Source: a virus
Lineage: Duplodnaviria; Caudoviricetes
Virus record (IMG/VR): IMGVR_UViG_3300020414_000008
Span: 32,001-96,000 of that record
DNA: 64,000 nucleotides
Direction: 5' to 3' (one strand)
Both the position numbers and the translations under genes were made by a program. Under the pieces are notes generated by a model, which was not told where the DNA came from, ran no database searches, and was given only the letters and a program-made list of their open reading frames with translations. Positions 47,717 to 57,500 of this stretch are shown piece by piece. Each line of letters opens with the position of its first letter. Position 1 is the first letter of the stretch.

Positions 47717-48516
47717 AATTAGGAGTTATAGGAATAGGAGCAGTTGGTTCTGCGATATCAAAGGGATTTGAATACATCGGACACGAAGTTGTCGGATATG
47801 ATATCAAAATACCTGAGACTTCAATAGAAGATACATTAGATACAGAAATTAACTTTATCACAGTTGGAACTCCTACAGGTCCAAATCAAGAATGTGATTT
47901 AACAGCAGTAAATTCTGTGATAGAACAACTTAGTAAATTAGAATATAAAGGTCTTGTTGCACTTAAGAGTACAATAGAACCTGGCACTACACAAAGATTG
48001 ATGAGTGAATATCCAAATCTTAATATGTGTTTTGTACCTGAGTTCCTGAGAGAAAGATGTGCATATGAAGACTTCGTATACAATAACAATATCTTAGTTG
48101 TTGGTACTGATAGTGATGAAAACTATGATTTGATTGTAAAAGCACACGGTTCACTACCATTCCATAAAGTTAAGATGTCAATCATAGAATCAGAACTTAT
48201 GAAGTATTTTTCAAATACATACAAGGCGATGAGAATCACATTTGCAAATTCATTCCATAAAGTAGCAGAACATTTTGGTGCAAACTACGATGCAATCAAA
48301 GACGCGTTTTTATTCCACGGTGTCGGTGAAGGTCACTACTTAAATGTAAATAAAGAGTTTGGTGGTTATGGTGGAATGTGTCTTCCTAAAGATACAAAAG
48401 CAATGAAAGTACTCTGTAAGAAATATAACATTGACGTGGATATTTTCAGATTCATTGATGAGGAAAATGATAAGTTTGTAAAAACAGTACCAAAAGGAAT
48501 GAGATACGACATATGA
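47713..48516 (+). CDS. UDP-glucose/GDP-mannose 6-dehydrogenase family, short form
   Basis: GIGAVG; VGTP; KSTIEPGT; PEFLRE; KYFSN; GYGGMCLPKD. Confidence 0.88.
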   Translation: MKLGVIGIGAVGSAISKGFEYIGHEVVGYDIKIPETSIEDTLDTEINFITVGTPTGPNQECDLTAVNSVIEQLSKLEYKGLVALKSTIEPGTTQRLMSEYPNLNMCFVPEFLRERCAYEDFVYNNNILVVGTDSDENYDLIVKAHGSLPFHKVKMSIIESELMKYFSNTYKAMRITFANSFHKVAEHFGANYDAIKDAFLFHGVGEGHYLNVNKEFGGYGGMCLPKDTKAMKVLCKKYNIDVDIFRFIDEENDKFVKTVPKGMRYDI

Positions 48517-49448
48517 AAATATTAGTAACAGGAGCAGCAGGATTTTTAGGTTCACATCTTTGTGATTCATTATTAGATGGTGGTCACGAAGTCGTTGGAG
48601 TAGATAACTTTTTCAGAGGAAAGGTAAGTAACTTACCAACTCATGAAAACTTTACATTCAAAGAGTTAGACTTAGTTTATAGTGAACCAATAAAAGAATT
48701 TATGTTAGAACATCAGTTCGATGTAGTTGTTCACTACGCAGCAATAAATGGAACAAGATATTTTTATGATATTCCATTTAAAGTCTGTAATCATAATATC
48801 TTAATGACTCAGAATGTATTGAACGCATGTACACCTTCAGTAACAAAAGTAGTATACGCGTCATCATCTGAAATTTATGGACCATCACCAATTGTTCCAA
48901 CTGAAGAAACAGAACCTATGATTTTACATCCATCTGCAAATAGAGACTCTTACGCGTCTTCAAAAGGTATGGGTGAGTTCTTAGTAAGATTATGGGCAGA
49001 TGAAAAAAGAAAAGAGTATTTGATAGTTAGACCTTTTAACACTTATGGTCCAAGAATGGCAACAGGTGGTTATGGTCAAGTGATTCCTGAGTTTATTGAA
49101 AGAATCAAATCAGATGAGGACTTTTACTTATATGGTGATGGAAATCAAACAAGGTCTTTTTGTTATGTTACAGACCATGCTAATATTGTTTCTGATTTAA
49201 TTTTGAAAACATCTAACGAAATAGTAAATGTTGGATTTGATGAAGAGATTACTATTCATGATTTGGCGATGGTTATACATCAAATAATGGATAAAGAATT
49301 TAAAGTAGAGTATAAACCTGCGTGGTCTAACGATACAAAATGGAGAAAACCATCACTTTCTAAGTTAAAAAGTTGTATAGGTTATGAAAATTTTGTATGT
49401 TTAGAAGACGGAATAAATAAAATGTTAAAATATGGCGATAGAAATTAA
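48513..49448 (+). CDS. NAD-dependent epimerase/dehydratase (UDP-glucuronate decarboxylase-like)
   Basis: GAAGFLG; ASSSEIYG; YASSK; RPFNTYGPRM; GDGNQTRSFCYV. Confidence 0.85.
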   Translation: MKILVTGAAGFLGSHLCDSLLDGGHEVVGVDNFFRGKVSNLPTHENFTFKELDLVYSEPIKEFMLEHQFDVVVHYAAINGTRYFYDIPFKVCNHNILMTQNVLNACTPSVTKVVYASSSEIYGPSPIVPTEETEPMILHPSANRDSYASSKGMGEFLVRLWADEKRKEYLIVRPFNTYGPRMATGGYGQVIPEFIERIKSDEDFYLYGDGNQTRSFCYVTDHANIVSDLILKTSNEIVNVGFDEEITIHDLAMVIHQIMDKEFKVEYKPAWSNDTKWRKPSLSKLKSCIGYENFVCLEDGINKMLKYGDRN

Positions 49449-49824
49449 AACACCGATTGGTGACGCATTCGATAAGTTATCAATCCTTGAAATAAAACTT
49501 GAAAATGTAAAAGATGAAGTTCAAAGAGAAAATATTCAAAATGAACTTAATTATTTACAAGACAAATTGAAACCATTTTGGGATAATGGTGGAGACGAAC
49601 TAAAAGAAATCTACAGTAGACTCAAAAAGACAAACGGTCAAATGTGGGTTATTGAAGATTCTGTTAGGTTATTAGAAAAAGATAAATTGTTTAATGAAGA
49701 ATTCATTGAATACGCAAGAGCGGTTTATTACACAAATGATAGAAGAGCAGCAGAGAAGAAAGAAATAAATCATTTACTGAATTCAGAATTCTTCGAGGAG
49801 AAGATATACCAAAAATATGATTAA
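49432..49824 (+). CDS. DUF6165-like protein
   Basis: GDAFDKLSILEIK; WVIED; ARAVYYTNDRR; EEK.Y. Confidence 0.75.
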   Translation: MAIEIKTPIGDAFDKLSILEIKLENVKDEVQRENIQNELNYLQDKLKPFWDNGGDELKEIYSRLKKTNGQMWVIEDSVRLLEKDKLFNEEFIEYARAVYYTNDRRAAEKKEINHLLNSEFFEEKIYQKYD

Positions 49825-50503
49825 TTTTAGTGAAGGAAATTCTACCGACTATCCATTTCCTATTATAGAAGTGGAAAACTGTTTTGATGAAGAAACACTT
49901 GAGAACCTTATACAAGAGTTCCCTGATGTATCTTCAGAAGGAACCGTTATGGGTGGTAGAAAAAAGATGAATTCAGGTAGTCCTAAGTTTGACGAGTGGT
50001 TACAAACTGCACCTACTTGGAAAAAGTTTTACGAATATCTAAATGATGATGAAGTATTCCATAGTTTTGTAAACTATTATGATAATGAGTTGAAAGATTG
50101 GGATAGTGTTATTACAACTGATAGTTCGTTAAAGACAGATAGTTTCTTACACATCGATTGGTCCTCTGCGACTGATGGTTATGTTAGAGAAATACATAGA
50201 GATACAAATAAAAGGATTTGGAACTTTCTAATATTCTTTAATGATAAAGATTGGGAAGGTGGTGACTTCTTGATTCATTCATCTGATAATCTAAATAAAT
50301 TAGACCAACAGATATGGGACTTAAACGCATTACCTGTACACAAAACAGTCGAAGCGAAGAAGAATAAAGGAGTATTCTTTTTGTCAACACCCGATTCTTA
50401 TCATTCAGTATCTAAACAGTTTAACACAAACTCACCAAGAAAGTTTATATATGGTTCTTACTCATATAGAGATGGTGATGTATTTAATAAGAGACATCGA
50501 TAA
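49817..50503 (+). CDS. 2OG-Fe(II) oxygenase
   Basis: HRD; WEGGDF; SYHSV...RKFIY. Confidence 0.8.
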   Translation: MINFSEGNSTDYPFPIIEVENCFDEETLENLIQEFPDVSSEGTVMGGRKKMNSGSPKFDEWLQTAPTWKKFYEYLNDDEVFHSFVNYYDNELKDWDSVITTDSSLKTDSFLHIDWSSATDGYVREIHRDTNKRIWNFLIFFNDKDWEGGDFLIHSSDNLNKLDQQIWDLNALPVHKTVEAKKNKGVFFLSTPDSYHSVSKQFNTNSPRKFIYGSYSYRDGDVFNKRHR

Positions 50504-50799
50504 TGTATAGACCATTACCTAAAGGTTTAAACATTATGAAAAGTAACATAGATGGAATGGGTTTATTCGCAACAATGGATATTCCATCTGATTATGACTT
50601 TGGTATAAGTCATGTCCCAAACTCTAAGTTTGAGAACGGATACATTAGAACACCCTTAGGTGGATTTATCAATCATAGTGATAATCCAAATTGTAAAGTG
50701 GTGACGGATGTAGACGGTAATTACAGATTAGTGTCAACTCAGTTTCTTTCGATTGGAGACGAGATTACACTAAAATATAATTTATATAAAATAAAATGA
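50503..50799 (+). CDS. Minimal SET-domain protein
   Basis: SNIDGMGLFA; FINHSDNPNC; GDEITLKY. Confidence 0.88.
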   Translation: MYRPLPKGLNIMKSNIDGMGLFATMDIPSDYDFGISHVPNSKFENGYIRTPLGGFINHSDNPNCKVVTDVDGNYRLVSTQFLSIGDEITLKYNLYKIK

Positions 50800-51197
50800 A
50801 CATAGACGAATATGACAAAATGCAACACCACGAAAACAACTATCAAGTTGCGATAGACTTTGATGGTGTTGTCCATGGTAATTCAAAAGGATTCCATGAT
50901 GGAACTGTATACGACCCACCTATTGAGGGTTCTTTAGACGCAATCAAGTGGTTTAAGTCTCAAGGGTACGATATAGTTTTATTTACCGCAAAAGTAAAAC
51001 CCGATAGACCACTTGTAAATGGTAAAACAGGTGAAGAGTTGATTTGGGAGTGGTTAACTAAATATGAGATTGATACTTATATAAAAGAAATAACTTGTGA
51101 AAAACCAAGAGCAATCTGTTACATAGATGACAGAGGTATCAGGTTTGAATCATGGGAACAGACGTTAAAACAATTTAATGAAATCACAAACAAGTAA
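50796..51197 (+). CDS. HAD-superfamily phosphatase, capless
   Basis: DFDGV; LFTA; KP...YIDDRG. Confidence 0.8.
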   Translation: MNIDEYDKMQHHENNYQVAIDFDGVVHGNSKGFHDGTVYDPPIEGSLDAIKWFKSQGYDIVLFTAKVKPDRPLVNGKTGEELIWEWLTKYEIDTYIKEITCEKPRAICYIDDRGIRFESWEQTLKQFNEITNK

Positions 51198-51999
51198 GTT
51201 ACGAGAAGAACTTCTAAAATTAGAAGAACCTGAAGACAGACTAAAAGTATTAAAGAATCAGTATGAAGGTGAAACTGCATATATAATCGCAGGTGGACCG
51301 TCATTGAACAGATATACGAAAGAAGAACTTAGAGATTTTCTAAGAGATAAGTTATGTTTACCAATCAAACAATCATATAACTTTCTAAAAGAAGTAGCAG
51401 ACTTCCATTTACTAAATTGGTGTAACTTTGCACCGTATGATTGGTCAAATAATAAATCAATCATAACGTGGGCAATATTTGAACAGTTCCATCCTCAAAT
51501 GATATTTGAAAATAATTTAGAGAATGATTTATTCATTCCTATATTTAGAAACAATCCAAATACAGGTGGTGGAGTTGGTCCTAATAAAATGATTCACTCA
51601 TTATCAGAACGAGAGGATTGGGACACTATGAAGTTAGACCACCCCGAATATGGATTTAACCAACCTTGGGGGCCTGGTATTATGTACGAAATGGCACTTC
51701 CATTAGCAATGTATTTAGGTTGTAAAAAAATAGTAACTATTGGTTGGGATATTGGTGATTTATCATCGTTTGACAAAGGAACTGAAGACGATACACAAAG
51801 AGTATTTCAAGAACACTTTTATGGTGATGAACACGAAAAGATTGTATATGCAAAAACATCAATGGGTCCAAGAGAAATACTATCAGTAGCAAAAGCAACA
51901 AAAGGTATTTACTATTGGATGAAAGAACAAGGTGTTGAATGGGAAATAAATTCAGATAGAAATCCTGGCTACGAAGGAATTCCAAGAGTAGAGATATGA
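51178..51999 (+). CDS. Maf/DUF115-like (sialyltransferase-like) protein
   Basis: YIIAGGPSL; LAMYLGCKKIVTIGWD; HFY. Confidence 0.7.
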   Translation: MKSQTSKLREELLKLEEPEDRLKVLKNQYEGETAYIIAGGPSLNRYTKEELRDFLRDKLCLPIKQSYNFLKEVADFHLLNWCNFAPYDWSNNKSIITWAIFEQFHPQMIFENNLENDLFIPIFRNNPNTGGGVGPNKMIHSLSEREDWDTMKLDHPEYGFNQPWGPGIMYEMALPLAMYLGCKKIVTIGWDIGDLSSFDKGTEDDTQRVFQEHFYGDEHEKIVYAKTSMGPREILSVAKATKGIYYWMKEQGVEWEINSDRNPGYEGIPRVEI

Positions 52000-52940
52000 T
52001 AGCAACAGGTTGTTTAGTACAATGGTATGAGATTGATATGTTTGAGGAATATGTAGATTCTCTTAAACTATCAATTGGTAATCAAAAAGATAAAGTACTG
52101 ATTGATTTATGTTTAGTAACAAATCAGGAATTAGAAAAATCCACCAAGGATTTGTACGACATAAAAAAGGAATTCATAAGAGTCTGTGATAGTTTAGAAA
52201 GTAATGGGTATGAGTTGGACTATGATATAACTCAAGACTTATATACAATCGCAGATTACAGAAGAGATTTTAACGAAAAGTATTGTGAACTTGTAGATGT
52301 ATTGTTTTGGGGTGAATCTGATATGTTAGTACCATCACAGGCGATTGAAACTATTTTATCATTACATGAGGCAGTAAAAGAACAAACACCAAAATGGTTA
52401 GGGTTCTTCGCTACTTGTAAAATGTGGGACGATTCATGGAAACCATTAGAACATCCAAAACTCACTGATTTACCAAGAGACGCACACGCGTGGTATGGAA
52501 CGAGATGTTATATGGATTATGATAAAATGGAAGAGATAAACTCTGATACTGAATCACCACATATAGAATCAACTTACAACTATAAATTCAATGGTTGTGG
52601 GTTAGTAATGTCATCAGAACTTGTAAGAAGTGGAGTAAATATACCAAAATGTGTATTTTTTACCCATGAAGACACAGCATTGATGAATAAAATGTTAACT
52701 TTATTTGGAAATAACCAAATTCCTTTGTATATTGTAAAGAATATATTGTTAGTTCATAATAGAGAACACCCAAGAAAGAGAAAATATGTACAGGATGAAG
52801 TCGGGAGTGATATTAATGAACAAAGAAAATCAAATGATTGGTATAAAGTAGCGAGTGAAATGTCAAAGTTGAACGCGTATAACTTTATGAAACAAGGAAG
52901 AAACTTTAATTGGAAAGACGTATGGAAAGAAGTCCTGTAA
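51996..52940 (+). CDS. Putative GT-A glycosyltransferase
   Basis: ESD motif; NGCGLV; HED; located in the glycosylation island. Confidence 0.55.
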   Translation: MIATGCLVQWYEIDMFEEYVDSLKLSIGNQKDKVLIDLCLVTNQELEKSTKDLYDIKKEFIRVCDSLESNGYELDYDITQDLYTIADYRRDFNEKYCELVDVLFWGESDMLVPSQAIETILSLHEAVKEQTPKWLGFFATCKMWDDSWKPLEHPKLTDLPRDAHAWYGTRCYMDYDKMEEINSDTESPHIESTYNYKFNGCGLVMSSELVRSGVNIPKCVFFTHEDTALMNKMLTLFGNNQIPLYIVKNILLVHNREHPRKRKYVQDEVGSDINEQRKSNDWYKVASEMSKLNAYNFMKQGRNFNWKDVWKEVL

Positions 52941-53821
52941 CAACTTGTATATCTACAAACAATAATCTTGATTATGTAAAACTTGCTTACGAATCCGTAA
53001 GAAAGAATGCATATTACAAGGACCAACCGATTGTGATTCACGCAGAGAATTGTACTGATGGTACAGATGAGTGGTTACTTAATCTAATGCAAGAGGATAA
53101 GAATCTAAAAGGTTTTATAGAACATAACGATACACCAAGAGGAATTGGTGGTGGTATGGACTTTTGTGTTGACAAATCAGAAACCGAGTATGTAAATATA
53201 ATCCACTCTGATATGTGGATATCACCAAATCAAGATTTAGAGTTACAAAAGATTGTAGAAGAGGGTGATGGGGTTGATAGAATTATTGCGTCATCATTTA
53301 GAATCCAACCTAAGATATTTCCAAATGACCCTGATTATAGGCCAGGAACTGTATTTGTATCAACTGATGAGTTTGGTGAATTCCATCATAACTTTGATAA
53401 GGAGTGGTTTGATGATTGGTCTCAGAAACTTTCATCAATGGATGAGACTCGTGTAAGAAAAGGTGGTGGTGCAGGATTCTTCTGTAAAAAAGAAGACTAT
53501 GTTTGGATTGGTGGTAACGACCCACTATTCGCACCCGCGTCATACGATGATATGGATTTGTTTATTAGAATGCAATTAGAAGGGTACAAGTTTATTATGT
53601 CATCTAAGTCAGTTGTATATCATTTTTCAGCAAGAGGTTCTCATTTTAGAGATGAAGCAAAAGATATATTGAATTCCAAATCAAAAAGACAACAAGAATC
53701 AGAATCAAACAACGCAAGAAAGTTTATTAATAAGTGGGGTAGATTACCTGAACACGATGACCAAACTTTTGTAAAACCAATAGAAGGAACAAGTAACCCA
53801 AATAGGATACCATTATTATGA
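52922..53821 (+). CDS. GT2-family glycosyltransferase
   Basis: CTDGT; IHSDM; IGGNDPLF...DDMDLF; VYHF. Confidence 0.85.
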   Translation: MERSPVTTCISTNNNLDYVKLAYESVRKNAYYKDQPIVIHAENCTDGTDEWLLNLMQEDKNLKGFIEHNDTPRGIGGGMDFCVDKSETEYVNIIHSDMWISPNQDLELQKIVEEGDGVDRIIASSFRIQPKIFPNDPDYRPGTVFVSTDEFGEFHHNFDKEWFDDWSQKLSSMDETRVRKGGGAGFFCKKEDYVWIGGNDPLFAPASYDDMDLFIRMQLEGYKFIMSSKSVVYHFSARGSHFRDEAKDILNSKSKRQQESESNNARKFINKWGRLPEHDDQTFVKPIEGTSNPNRIPLL

Positions 53822-54690
53822 GAATATTAGTTACAGGTGGAGCAGGATTTGTTGGTACAAATCTAATTAAAAGATTAGTTACAAACGGACATGACGTAGT
53901 ATCAGTCGATGACTATTCTACAGGAGATAAAGAAAATCATGTAGAAGGTTGTAAATATGTAGAAATGTCTGTTGTAGACTTTGACAGGTATCACGAACTT
54001 GAGTTTTCAGAGTTTGATTTAATTTATCATTTAGCAGGTTTGTCAAGAATCCAACCATCTTTTAAGAATCCAACACATACATTCAATGTAAACACAGGTG
54101 GTACTCAGAAGATTTTGGAGTTCGCAAGAAAGACAAATACAAAAGTAATTTACGCAGGTTCATCTTCAAAACATCATGACCCATATCAATCACCATATGC
54201 AACTTGTAAGTATCTTGGTGAAGAGATTTGTAAAATGTACAAAAGAACTTACAATATGGATATTGAGATTTGTAGATTCTATAATGTTTATGGACCACAT
54301 GAAGTTATCGAAGGTGATTGGGCAGCCGTGATTGGTATTTGGAGAAGACAAATTAGAGATAACCAACCGATTACAATTGTTGGTGATGGTGAACAAAGAA
54401 GAGACTTTACTCATGTACACGATATTGTTGACGCATTATTAGAACTACAAACTGTAAAAACTTCATTAGACATATTAGACGCGTGGGAATTAGGAACGGG
54501 TATGAATTACTCAATCAATCAGGTAGCAGATATGTTTGTAAAATATAGTGGATGTAAAAAAGAATACATTGATGACCAATATGGAAATTACAGAGAAACA
54601 CTCAGAGAGTCTGATGAAGCATTGAAATTATTAAAATGGTTTCCAAAAGATAGATTAGAAAGTTATATAAAAGGATTATATGAAGTTTGA
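53818..54690 (+). CDS. NAD-dependent epimerase/dehydratase
   Basis: GGAGFVG; YATCK; RFYNVYGP; GDGEQRRDFTHV. Confidence 0.88.
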   Translation: MRILVTGGAGFVGTNLIKRLVTNGHDVVSVDDYSTGDKENHVEGCKYVEMSVVDFDRYHELEFSEFDLIYHLAGLSRIQPSFKNPTHTFNVNTGGTQKILEFARKTNTKVIYAGSSSKHHDPYQSPYATCKYLGEEICKMYKRTYNMDIEICRFYNVYGPHEVIEGDWAAVIGIWRRQIRDNQPITIVGDGEQRRDFTHVHDIVDALLELQTVKTSLDILDAWELGTGMNYSINQVADMFVKYSGCKKEYIDDQYGNYRETLRESDEALKLLKWFPKDRLESYIKGLYEV

Positions 54691-55504
54691 AATTAGTGGT
54701 GAATTTGGTTACGAGTTGTTCGCAGGATTACCTTTAGTAAATTGGTATAAAGAACAGGGACATGATGTTGAAGTCATATCATCTAAAGGTTCCTCTATAT
54801 TATATCCAAATATAAAAGTAACTGAAAAATATAGTAATAGACATAGTTTTTTTCAATTAGACATTGATGGTGAATCTTACTACAGACCACATAATCATGT
54901 AGCAGGTGTTTTTTCAAAACCTGTTGTTGGTGATAAACTAATGTGGGAAGACAAATGGTCACCACCTGATTTGAAATCATATTATTTAGAACAATTCCAA
55001 ATAAAAACAGATAAACCATTTTTAGTCGTTTCAAATAAAATTCAAAATGAATGGGGACGTGGTCCTGTAAACTATCTTAGTGTCGATGTACTAAGACAGA
55101 TATTTGAATTATGTAAAGATAAATTTAATATTGTTTACAATAGACCAAATGTAAACGACATAGTAAATGATGATACACTACAAGAGAAATTCGGAGATAG
55201 AGAATTGGTAAGAGAGATGAGTATTCCGACCATGCAAAATTACGCAGAAGAATATGACTTAGATTACAACACCACACAAATGGCAGTAATGTCAAATTGT
55301 AATCACTTTATATCAACTCAAGGTGGTAACTCTGCCTTGAGTGCGTATTTTGGTGGAAGAGGTATTATTTATGGTGTCGAGGGTTACGAGGTAAAACATT
55401 ACGCATATAGAAGATTCTTCCCTAAACTATCAAGTCAGGCAATATGGCCTGTACAAACATACGATGATTTAATCAGTAAAGTAAAAAGTAGTATATTATG
55501 TTAA
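54680..55504 (+). CDS. Putative glycosyltransferase
   Basis: GEFGYEL; FISTQGG; located in the glycosylation island. Confidence 0.45.
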   Translation: MKFEISGEFGYELFAGLPLVNWYKEQGHDVEVISSKGSSILYPNIKVTEKYSNRHSFFQLDIDGESYYRPHNHVAGVFSKPVVGDKLMWEDKWSPPDLKSYYLEQFQIKTDKPFLVVSNKIQNEWGRGPVNYLSVDVLRQIFELCKDKFNIVYNRPNVNDIVNDDTLQEKFGDRELVREMSIPTMQNYAEEYDLDYNTTQMAVMSNCNHFISTQGGNSALSAYFGGRGIIYGVEGYEVKHYAYRRFFPKLSSQAIWPVQTYDDLISKVKSSILC

Positions 55505-56676
55505 GTAAAAAAGATATTAGTTTTATTCAACCATCAAGAGATAATTTAAAGTATCTTAAATGGTCATATGAATCAATTAGAAAAAATGGTGGTCCTGAAC
55601 CACATATTTGTGTAGCAGATGATTTCAGTTCTGATGGAACTTGGGAATGGTGTCAAGAAAGAATGAAAGAAGACCCAAACTTCAAAGCAATTAGAAACGA
55701 AGGACCAACAAGATTAGGACATACAATCTTATATGATAGATTGATTAATGAAGTAGCAACTACAAAAGTGGTTGGAATCTATCACGCAGATATGTATCTT
55801 TGTCCAGGCGCATTAGAATCATTGATAAAGAATCTAAAACCAAAAACAGTAGTATCTTGGACTCGTATCGAACCACCATTACATCCTGATGGTCCTGAAA
55901 AGATTCTTTGGGATGGTAAAACTGAACCCGAGGATTTCTTAGAAGAAGAACTTCTTGTAGAGATTCCTAAGTTTGCAAACAAAGATAAAATTACAAAAGG
56001 TATATTCGCACCTTGGTTTTTATATAAAGAAGACTTTACATCAATCGGTGGACACGACCCTTTGTATGCACCACAATCAAAAGAGGACTCTGATATATTT
56101 AACAGATTTTTACTAAATGGATATGATTTGATTCAAGTTTGGGACGGGTTTGTATATCACATGACTTGTAGAGGGTCAAGATTCAATCCAACATTAACTG
56201 AAGTAGGTAAAGAATCAGATGAATGGTTAAAACAAAATCAGAGGTCAACAAGGAATTTTATCAGAAAATGGGGTCATTTTGTAAAACATGATGAATTTAT
56301 GTTACCTCAAATTCCACATAAATACGATATTCAGTTTAATGTAGAGAACTGTAATTCACAAATGTTAAATATTTTAGAACCTTGGTGTGATAGAATTGTT
56401 ACAGATTTACCAAAAGATATCATTGAGAGTTATATAAAATTGGAACAACCAAATACTCAGTTTGATTTAACTAAAAGAATAAATGTAGATATTGATTCAG
56501 ATATTGAGATAAGTTTTGACGCAAATAGACTTTCAAATCAATCATTTACATACATCCAAAAGTGGGCAGAAATCTTTGATTCTAACGAAATTGAAATCGG
56601 AGAGTTTGAATTAGACATATTTAATATAAAGGTTAATAAAATAAAATACTACGAAAGTGAGTTGATAAATCTATGA
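55498..56676 (+). CDS. GT2-family glycosyltransferase
   Basis: DDFSSDGT; YHADM; IGGHDPLY...EDSD; paralog of 52922..53821. Confidence 0.85.
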   Translation: MLSKKDISFIQPSRDNLKYLKWSYESIRKNGGPEPHICVADDFSSDGTWEWCQERMKEDPNFKAIRNEGPTRLGHTILYDRLINEVATTKVVGIYHADMYLCPGALESLIKNLKPKTVVSWTRIEPPLHPDGPEKILWDGKTEPEDFLEEELLVEIPKFANKDKITKGIFAPWFLYKEDFTSIGGHDPLYAPQSKEDSDIFNRFLLNGYDLIQVWDGFVYHMTCRGSRFNPTLTEVGKESDEWLKQNQRSTRNFIRKWGHFVKHDEFMLPQIPHKYDIQFNVENCNSQMLNILEPWCDRIVTDLPKDIIESYIKLEQPNTQFDLTKRINVDIDSDIEISFDANRLSNQSFTYIQKWAEIFDSNEIEIGEFELDIFNIKVNKIKYYESELINL

Positions 56677-56918
56677 GATACTTCATACTACTGCCAGAGG
56701 ATTCAGAAGAAGATGTTGACTATTCAACAAACATCTTAGGTGAGATTTCATTCAAAAACTTTTGGACTGAAGAGGGATTTGAAATCCTTATTAGATTGGT
56801 AGAAAAGTATCCTGACACTTTAGAACAAGTGACAATAAAAGACGAACAAAACAAAAATTATTCTGTAGAACAATTCTTAGATAAAATCAAAAATTTAAAG
56901 GTAATTAAAAATGGGTAA
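56673..56918 (+). CDS. Hypothetical protein
   Basis: ATGA-coupled ORF. Confidence 0.65.
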   Translation: MRYFILLPEDSEEDVDYSTNILGEISFKNFWTEEGFEILIRLVEKYPDTLEQVTIKDEQNKNYSVEQFLDKIKNLKVIKNG

Positions 56919-57111
56919 GATTGATATTCGAAGTATTGACTTCGATGATGACGAATATTATGAAAACGAACACTATGAAAACATTAAAAGAAAACGTAGG
57001 AAAAAAAATAATAATGACAAAGACTTTCTCGAATTTCAGGGGGAGTCTCGTAGAGGGAGAGAAAGTGACTCTTATATCACTCAACGAACAAAAGGGCGAA
57101 GTAGACGTTAA
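56911..57111 (+). CDS. Small charged hypothetical protein
   Basis: Overlaps the upstream stop; acidic then basic blocks. Confidence 0.45.
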   Translation: MGKIDIRSIDFDDDEYYENEHYENIKRKRRKKNNNDKDFLEFQGESRRGRESDSYITQRTKGRSRR

Positions 57112-57166
57112 TGACCCTTTTGGTACTAAATGGACCATTCCTTTAGAATTTGTCCATATTTATTAG
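56975..57166 (+). CDS. Small beta-rich (SH3-like) hypothetical protein overlapping 56911..57111
   Basis: GEKVTLISL...VDVNDPFGTKWTIP. Confidence 0.5.
   Translation: MKTLKENVGKKIIMTKTFSNFRGSLVEGEKVTLISLNEQKGEVDVNDPFGTKWTIPLEFVHIY
57157..57164 (+). promoter_or_regulatory. Putative late promoter TATTTATT
   Basis: Shares the 15-mer tttgtccatatttat with 281-295. Confidence 0.6.
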
Positions 57167-57178
57167 TAAGGAGATTTT

Positions 57179-57499
57179 ATGCCGTCAACAAGTAAACAAC
57201 AACAAAAGTACATGGGTCTTGTATACGCCTTGAAAAAAGGTGATGTAAAACCATCAGATGTTTCTAAAGATGTTAGAGATACGGCGAAAAGAATGTCCAA
57301 AGCAGATATTAAAAAATACGCTTCAACTAAACATAAAGGACTTCCAAGTAAAAAAGAATCCTTGTATAAACAGTTAGAAGAACTCATCAAAAAGATTGAT
57401 GAGACTTGGTCAGATAAGTATAAAAAATCAATCGACTGTAACAATCCAAAAGGGTTTTCTCAGAAAGCACATTGTGCAGGTCGTAAAAAAAGGAAATAG
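57179..57499 (+). CDS. Basic two-module protein (DUF3008-like N-terminus plus SIDCxNPKGFSQKAHC module), probably head-internal
   Basis: AAGGAG RBS; Lys-rich. Confidence 0.65.
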   Translation: MPSTSKQQQKYMGLVYALKKGDVKPSDVSKDVRDTAKRMSKADIKKYASTKHKGLPSKKESLYKQLEELIKKIDETWSDKYKKSIDCNNPKGFSQKAHCAGRKKRK

Positions 57500-57500
57500 A

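Noticed and set aside
41435-57166. Giant eukaryotic virus or bacterial capsule locus
   Set aside because: The contractile tail, bacterial promoters and RBS, and absence of export or polymerase genes argue against both.
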